Positions 18,124 to 23,101 of a DNA stretch of 23,101 nucleotides are shown here, one piece after another. Made by a program: the position numbers and the translations under genes. The notes under the pieces were generated by a model. That model did not search any database, was not told where the DNA came from, and saw only the letters and a program-made list of their open reading frames with translations. The stretch's first letter is position 1, and each line of letters starts with the position of its first letter. The stretch is from positions 1 to 23,101 of the forward strand of contig JAKPTO010000032.1 of NCBI GenBank assembly GCA_029555085.1, in the 5' to 3' direction. This stretch comes from a bacterium. GTDB lineage: Bacteria; Patescibacteriota; Patescibacteriia; UBA1558; S5-K13.

Positions 18124-18168
18124 CACATTCTTCCCCACCTTTATATTTATAAAGATGAGGAAAGTGTG
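18124..18168 (-). terminator. Long RNA hairpin 3' of pilin copy 3 (terminator or mRNA stabiliser)
   Basis: Minus-strand CACACUUUCCUCAUCUUUAU-AAAU-AUAAAGGUGGGGAAGAAUGUG pairs with three G-U wobbles, which are mismatches on the plus strand. No clean U tract follows. Confidence 0.65.
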
Positions 18169-18184
18169 CATATATTATTATTGA

Positions 18185-18613
18185 TTAACTTCCAGATTCA
18201 CTACCGCCTGCACCACTTCTAGTGTTTAGCGCGCTGCCAGCTGCTCCAAATATTAGGCTTGTTATTACATATGACATGAGAATTAAAATAAGGCCAATTA
18301 TTCCTGCTCCTAACATTTTTTTTGCTGCGCCAATTTTTTCTTCATTTCCACCGCTAGTCATCCATTTAAATCCAGCAATTATAATTACTATAAGAGCTAT
18401 GAATCCTAAAAATCCCAATACTACTCTCACAACATTTAATACTGTTGCCTCTGCGTTGGTACTGTTTCCAAGACCAACATCTGGGATGTACCCTAGGTTG
18501 TGTGTATTGAATCCACTTAGCTGCGCTTTTACTACTGGAACATTGAATAGTGGCAAACAAATTATCATTGCCATTACACCTAAGCTAATTAGGTTTTTTG
18601 TTAGCTTTTTCAT
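18185..18613 (-). CDS. VirB2/TrbC-like pilin, copy 3 (candidate major subunit)
   Basis: Signal peptide (VKA-QL), GFKWMTSGGNEEKIGAAKK core and a Gly/Ser C-terminal tail; dedicated promoter and 3' hairpin. Confidence 0.87.
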   Translation of the reverse strand: MKKLTKNLISLGVMAMIICLPLFNVPVVKAQLSGFNTHNLGYIPDVGLGNSTNAEATVLNVVRVVLGFLGFIALIVIIIAGFKWMTSGGNEEKIGAAKKMLGAGIIGLILILMSYVITSLIFGAAGSALNTRSGAGGSESGS

Positions 18614-18682
18614 TATTTTTTTCTTTCTTTTTCTGTTTTCTAAAAACAGAATTAATTTATTTAAAATATATTAATATTGTTT

Positions 18683-18711
18683 ATAATAGCACTTTTTATA
18701 AAAATGAGCAA
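18683..18711 (-). promoter_or_regulatory. Internal sigma70 promoter for pilin copy 3
   Basis: TTGCTC (18711-18706), 17 bp, TGn-TATTAT (18688-18683). Confidence 0.65.
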
Positions 18712-18746
18712 TTTATTTATGAGTATTTATTACGATACTTATTTTT

Positions 18747-19133
18747 TTATTGAATTAAAACATCTAATATAAAATTTAGAATACTATAACTTGCAAATAC
18801 TACTACCAATCCTAATACTGCCCATTTTAAAGTTTCTTTGCCCTTTTTTACATTGTCTTCATTTCCACCAGACATTATCCATAAAAATCCACCATAAATA
18901 AACATGATTAATGATAGTGAACCTATAATACCCAAAAGACCAAGTATAACCTTACCAATAAGAGTTTGAAATGTATTTATATTACCAAGTGGGTTTGCTA
19001 ATGTTTGGTCAGCAGAAACTTTTTTTATAAAAAATGTTGATAATGTTGTTAAGAGAGCTATTCCGATTGGTTTATGATATATATTTTTTTTAATATTTTC
19101 ATAATTTATTGGAGGTGTGTTTATTTTTTTCAT
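18747..19133 (-). CDS. VirB2/TrbC-like pilin, copy 2 (minimal)
   Basis: VSA-DQ cleavage site, LANPLG and GGFLWIMSGGNEDNVKKGKETLKWAVLG core. Confidence 0.85.
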   Translation of the reverse strand: MKKINTPPINYENIKKNIYHKPIGIALLTTLSTFFIKKVSADQTLANPLGNINTFQTLIGKVILGLLGIIGSLSLIMFIYGGFLWIMSGGNEDNVKKGKETLKWAVLGLVVVFASYSILNFILDVLIQ

Positions 19134-19259
19134 TTTATTTATAGTTTAAATAATTATTATTTAGATAATGCTACAGTTCCCTTTTTGTTTTAATGTTTTT
19201 ATTAATTCATTGATTTAAAAATATTTTTTGTTTTTATTTCTAAAAGATTGTAAATTTTA

Positions 19260-20015
19260 TTACCTTCCCTTTATTACATCTTGAATTTTATATTCAGAAT
19301 TACTTGGCAAAATAAGATCTTGAACAAAACGGACTATTAAAAATGAACATAATGCTATTGCAAGTCCAATTACAGAGTTAATCATCATTGATTTTGCGGA
19401 AGAAATTTTTTCTGAATTGCCTTGTGAAATTATCATTTGTATTCCAGCTATAATAAAGAACAATAAAGCTATAGACGCTATAACTCCAAGTAAAATATTA
19501 GCTCCATTTATTCCAGCTGTAACCAGGTCTTCAGTTGAGCACTCTCCGGTATCTCTACAATGTTCTATTCCAGTAAAAATATGTGAACCCTTTTTTTCTG
19601 GAGCTAGTGGTATGGATGGTGGCGGTTCAAGTGGAGTTATTGTTGGTGGTTCTAATTGAGTTTGCACACAACACAAATCACTGGGGTTGGGACACCGATC
19701 TCCCGCTATCGTTTCTCCAATGCTAGTATCACAACTACTTTTGCATGTTCCGGTACATGCGTTTGCGCATGTTCCATTGTTACTACACATTCCAGATGGA
19801 CACCGTTGATCGTTATCTACATATGTACAGATTCCCGTATTATACGGAGCATAATCAGACTGACATTCACTACATATAGGACAATCATCATCAGTTTCAC
19901 AAGAACTTTGAGCTTCTGCAAAATTAAAGAATATTATTATTGGAAAAATTATAAGTAAATATATAAATATTTTTTTTAAGCTACTGAATTTTTTATTATT
20001 ATTTTTATTTTTCAT
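19260..20015 (-). CDS. VirB2/TrbC-like pilin, copy 1, with a large Cys-rich domain and Pro-rich linker
   Basis: Signal peptide (AEA-QS), 14-Cys region, LEPP..LEPPP linker, CRDTGEC loop and GIQMIISQGNSEKISSAK core. Confidence 0.82.
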   Translation of the reverse strand: MKNKNNNKKFSSLKKIFIYLLIIFPIIIFFNFAEAQSSCETDDDCPICSECQSDYAPYNTGICTYVDNDQRCPSGMCSNNGTCANACTGTCKSSCDTSIGETIAGDRCPNPSDLCCVQTQLEPPTITPLEPPPSIPLAPEKKGSHIFTGIEHCRDTGECSTEDLVTAGINGANILLGVIASIALLFFIIAGIQMIISQGNSEKISSAKSMMINSVIGLAIALCSFLIVRFVQDLILPSNSEYKIQDVIKGR

Positions 20016-20074
20016 ATAAATAAATTTTTTTAATTTTACTAAAAGGTATAAAATTTCATCTAATAGATTTTATT

Positions 20075-21484
20075 TTATTGAATGGTTTGATTTATTTTTA
20101 TCTGGTATGTATTTATTATAGCATCTAAATTAGTATTTGCGCCAGCATTTTTTATCCCATTTGTTAATTCTTTTATATATTGACTGGCGAGTTCTGGATT
20201 AGAGCCCTTGTACCAGGATTTTGCTGTAAGTATTTGATTTACAAATGGAGCAAGATATAAATCTTTGCTTTGTTCAGAAATTAAATCTTTGAGCGCTGTT
20301 GGTCTGTTGGATTTTTCAAGATAATCTTTAACATTTTCTTTTCGTGTTGCAAAATCTATAAATCCCCAAGCAATATCTGGATGTTTTGTTTTGTGTGAGA
20401 CTGTCATTACCCAATAATTTCCAATATTTACAGGATTTCTAAGGATTATTTCTCCATTGTTTGATATGTCATAATCTAATTGTGGGACTTGTGTTACCCC
20501 GAAATTAAGTCTTTGCGCCTCTGCTTTACTTATGTCATGTGGGTATCCAAAGAAAAATGCAACTTGCCCACTTTTGAAAGCTTCCAGTGAATTTGATTGT
20601 TCTTTGTTCCATGAATATGTTTCTTTTATTGGATTTGAAAAATCATTATAGAAATTTATTGATGATAAAAAATTATTTTTATTTGTAACATTAAATCCTC
20701 CACTTGCGCCTCCCACATCAATAGATCTACTTTGTAGTAAAAGAAGCGCAATTATATCAGACGCATTTGTAATATTTTCTGTTGCCCCAAGCGCTGTTCC
20801 TGATTGTTGAATTTTTCCATCTTTTGAAATTCGACTAATTTTTTTTACTTGCCCTATAAAATCTTCTATTTCTCTACCTGAAATGCCAGACCATACTTGA
20901 GTTGGACGTATTATATTATTATCATCTAGCATATTTTTATTATAAAACATTCCCAGAGTTTCAATGCTTAATGGTAGACCGTAAATTTTACCATCCATAT
21001 AAACATCTTTCATTACAATTTGTGGAAATTTGGTTTCCAGATCATTTCTTGAGGTTGTGGGAACGCTTTTTGTGTAATCATATTGATCTACCTTTTGAAA
21101 GGAGCCTATTTTATTCACCTTGATTTCTCTATATGGTAGATTTACAGATTTTGGCATGGGAGTAATTCTTCCCTTGTTTTTGTATTTTATAATTAAGTTA
21201 CTTGGTATGAAATATATGTCTGGACCACCATTTAAACTAGCCCATTCTTCAAGTAATCTATATTCATATTCTTTGAATTCGAGTTTTTTGTATTGGAAAT
21301 TTACTGTTGGGTGGAGTGTCTTGAATTTATCAAATAATACTTGAAGAGCGTCTCTTTCTTCGAATACCCCCCATACAGTTATAGTTACATCTGGATTTAA
21401 TTTAGATTTTTTTGTATTACACTGAAATCCTGATGTTATAAGAAGTACAAATATTAAAAATATTATTATTTTTTTTATTTTCAT
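20075..21484 (-). CDS. Extracellular solute-binding protein (carbohydrate ABC SBP family 1-like), possibly a lipoprotein
   Basis: N-terminal hydrophobic anchor ending SGFQC; TITVWG, GPDI, IYGLPLS.ETLGMFYNK, AF.SGQVA and AW.FI.F motifs. Confidence 0.85.
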   Translation of the reverse strand: MKIKKIIIFLIFVLLITSGFQCNTKKSKLNPDVTITVWGVFEERDALQVLFDKFKTLHPTVNFQYKKLEFKEYEYRLLEEWASLNGGPDIYFIPSNLIIKYKNKGRITPMPKSVNLPYREIKVNKIGSFQKVDQYDYTKSVPTTSRNDLETKFPQIVMKDVYMDGKIYGLPLSIETLGMFYNKNMLDDNNIIRPTQVWSGISGREIEDFIGQVKKISRISKDGKIQQSGTALGATENITNASDIIALLLLQSRSIDVGGASGGFNVTNKNNFLSSINFYNDFSNPIKETYSWNKEQSNSLEAFKSGQVAFFFGYPHDISKAEAQRLNFGVTQVPQLDYDISNNGEIILRNPVNIGNYWVMTVSHKTKHPDIAWGFIDFATRKENVKDYLEKSNRPTALKDLISEQSKDLYLAPFVNQILTAKSWYKGSNPELASQYIKELTNGIKNAGANTNLDAIINTYQIKINQTIQ

Positions 21485-21490
21485 ATTGGT

Positions 21491-22357
21491 TTATTTTAAA
21501 ATTTGTTTTAAATATTTTTTGAAATCTATTGCTATGTCTTTTCTGTCTAACGCGTATTCAACAGTTGCTTGTAGAAAATTTAGAGGATCTCCCGTTGTTA
21601 ACCATTTTCCGCCCTCGGTTTGTTTTGCGTATGCTTTGCCACCATTTTTTATATAAGTATCTATTGCATCCGCAATCCAAAGTTCGTTATTTTTTCCGAG
21701 AGTTTGGTTTTTTAAAATTTGAATTATTTCAGAGTTTAAAATATATCTTCCAAAAATTGCTAAGTCAGATGGAGCTTCCTTGATTTCCGGTTTTTCAATA
21801 ATTTTTTCAATTTGATTTTTAGTTCCTTTTTTAATCCCCACTATTCCATATTTTGGTATATCTTTTTTAGGAATTTTTTGGACACCCATTATTACACCCG
21901 GATTTTTTTCATATTCTTCTAATAATTGTTTCGTGAAAGATTTTTTTGATTTTACTAAATCATCGCCAAATGCATAAATAAAAGGTTCATCTTTAACTAT
22001 TGATTCAGCGCATAAAACAGGAGTTCCATTTCCATAAGGACCTTTTTGTCTTATGTAAATATAATTTGCTAAATTCGCGATTTTTCTTATTTGTTCTAAA
22101 TAATCTAGTTTATTTGCTTTTAATAATTGTTGTTCTAATTCTGTGTTTACATCAAAATGATCTTCAAGTGGTTTTTTAGTCCATGTTGTTATCATTATGA
22201 TATCTTTTATTCCAGCATCAACTAATTCTTCTACTATGTATTGAACTATGGGTTTATCAACTATTGGTAGCATTTCTTTTGGTTGCGCTTTTGTGACTGG
22301 CAAAAATCTTGTTCCTGATCCAGCCACTGCTATAACCGCCTTTGTTATTTTTTTCAT
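21491..22357 (-). CDS. galU: UTP--glucose-1-phosphate uridylyltransferase
   Basis: KAVIAVAGSGTRFLPVTKAQPKEMLPIVDKP, EDHFD, IEKP and GRYIL motifs. Confidence 0.93.
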   Translation of the reverse strand: MKKITKAVIAVAGSGTRFLPVTKAQPKEMLPIVDKPIVQYIVEELVDAGIKDIIMITTWTKKPLEDHFDVNTELEQQLLKANKLDYLEQIRKIANLANYIYIRQKGPYGNGTPVLCAESIVKDEPFIYAFGDDLVKSKKSFTKQLLEEYEKNPGVIMGVQKIPKKDIPKYGIVGIKKGTKNQIEKIIEKPEIKEAPSDLAIFGRYILNSEIIQILKNQTLGKNNELWIADAIDTYIKNGGKAYAKQTEGGKWLTTGDPLNFLQATVEYALDRKDIAIDFKKYLKQILK

Positions 22358-22465
22358 ATAAAAAATAATTAGTTTATAACTAACTTTATTATACTATAAT
22401 TCTTTTTTTATTTCGAATAGTTGCAACTGTGGAATTCTTTTTATTTATCTGCTATCCTAATTATT

Positions 22466-22966
22466 ATGAAGAGAAAATTTGTATGTAATGAGAATAAGAT
22501 TCGACTTGATCAGTTTTTGACAAATAATCTGTCAAAATTTTCGCGTTCAAAAATTCAGAAAATTATTGAATCTGGTTTTGTTTATGTAAATAGAGAAATT
22601 ATAAAATCAAAACATTTTTCATTGTTAGAGGGAGATGTCGTAGTAATGGATTATAAAGAAGACGAGACAATAAATATTCCAGATGAAGTTAAAGATATAA
22701 AAATTATTCAAGAAACATCAGATTATTTAATAATAGAAAAACCAGCGGGAGTTTTAACTCACCGAGTAGAAGGAAGAAAAGAATATTCACTTTTAGATTG
22801 GATTTTAGAAAAATATCCGAAAATTAAAAAAGTTGGAGATAATGATAAACTACGCTCAGGAATAATACATAGATTAGATAAAAAAGTTTCAGGATTAATT
22901 GTTGTAGCAAAAAATCAAAAAATGTTTGATTTTTTAAAAAAACAATTTAAAGATAGAACAGCGTAA
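22466..22966 (+). pseudogene. rluD: RluA-family (RluD-like, S4 domain) pseudouridine synthase, truncated by an IS
   Basis: RLDQFL..SRS.IQK.I S4 domain, KPAG and HRLD motifs. The frame stops at FKDRT, just before the expected K-x-Y motif, and the stop codon is supplied by the IS end. Confidence 0.85.
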
Positions 22967-23101
22967 TAGCCCAATAGCTTGGCAACGCTTTAAGTGTAAT
23001 AATTAAATATATATACAATATAATAATTATTAATCTTTAAAGTGTATGGCATATACTATTAATCCTAATTTACCAAGATTAAGAGCTAAAGCAGTTAATA
23101 T
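22962..23101 (+). mobile_element. Left end of a second IS481-like element, running off the window
   Basis: rluD homology ends abruptly at about 22961. CGTAATAGCCCAATAGCTTGGCAAC follows (TGT-like terminus with one difference), then an AT-rich spacer and a new ORF at 23046. Confidence 0.7.
23046..23101 (+). CDS. N-terminus of a putative IS481-like transposase (partial, MAYTINPNLPRLRAKAVN...)
   Basis: Manual translation is open to the window edge and resembles, from memory, HTH-proximal starts of CPR IS481-type transposases. Only 18 codons are visible. Confidence 0.6.
   Translation, partial: MAYTINPNLPRLRAKAVN

Larger units (their letters stand above)
15795..18379. repeat. 26-bp exact direct repeat shared by pilin copies 8 and 3
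   Basis: CTAGTCATCCATTTAAATCCAGCAAT at 15795-15820 and 18354-18379. Confidence 0.9.

Noticed and set aside
15644-20015. CRISPR array, diversity-generating retroelement or shufflon as the explanation of the pilin repeats
   Set aside because: The repeats lie inside coding cores and are not regularly spaced. There is no adenine-specific TR/VR mismatch pattern, no reverse transcriptase, cas or invertase gene, and all copies are in direct orientation.
15644-20015. Type IV (PilA-type) pilins
   Set aside because: There is no G|F-x-x-x-E class III signal; the hydrophobic core is C-terminal and the leaders are Sec/SPase I type.
1511-21783. Short antisense or alternate-frame ORFs in the track (e.g. 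1511-1726, 5285-5470, 7215-7433, 8543-8980, 10003-10332, 15208-15437, 15741-15956, 16358-16561, 17285-17578, 18222-18674, 18366-18560, 19417-19958, 20902-21344, 21529-21783)
   Set aside because: They overlap well-supported genes and lack motifs. Their shared 'FPPLVIHLNPA' text is just the reverse complement of the pilin core.
552-22357. Alternative genetic code (TGA=Gly, as in Gracilibacteria)
   Set aside because: Conserved genes are full-length under code 11, and TGA ends genes at 9059, 14301 and 16057. tRNA-Gly has the ordinary TCC anticodon.
1-23101. Composite transposon or genomic island carrying the whole region
   Set aside because: The two IS ends differ in sequence and each interrupts a different gene. 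The interior holds core genes (tRNA-Gly, yebC, ruvC, galU), so independent insertions are more likely.

Overview
This is a very AT-rich bacterial window that reads with the standard genetic code (TGA used as a stop). Gene content points to Patescibacteria/CPR (Parcubacteria-like); that assignment is an inference. Both edges end inside outward-pointing IS481-like insertion sequences. The left one is nested in an older transposase beside tRNA-Gly(TCC), and the right one truncates an RluD-type pseudouridine synthase. Between them are three blocks. (i) A ~14.5 kb surface-glycosylation region: a UGM-like FAD enzyme, GtrA, four GT-C membrane glycosyltransferases, two polyprenyl-phosphate-sugar synthases, PGI/PMI, a methyltransferase and an LtaS-like transferase, interrupted by yebC-ruvC. 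(ii) A stand-alone lipoprotein-like cassette. (iii) A minus-strand run of galU, an orphan solute-binding protein and eight tandem VirB2/TrbC-like pilins. The pilins share a constant C-terminal core but have unrelated N-terminal domains (Cys-rich, Ser/Thr/acidic, Pro-linker). Some pilin paralogs share exact DNA tracts of 47, 26 and 17 bp in the core motif, and one has its own promoter and 3' RNA hairpin. The best candidate for a new system is a modular, possibly recombination-diversified and glycosylated pilin/adhesin display locus.
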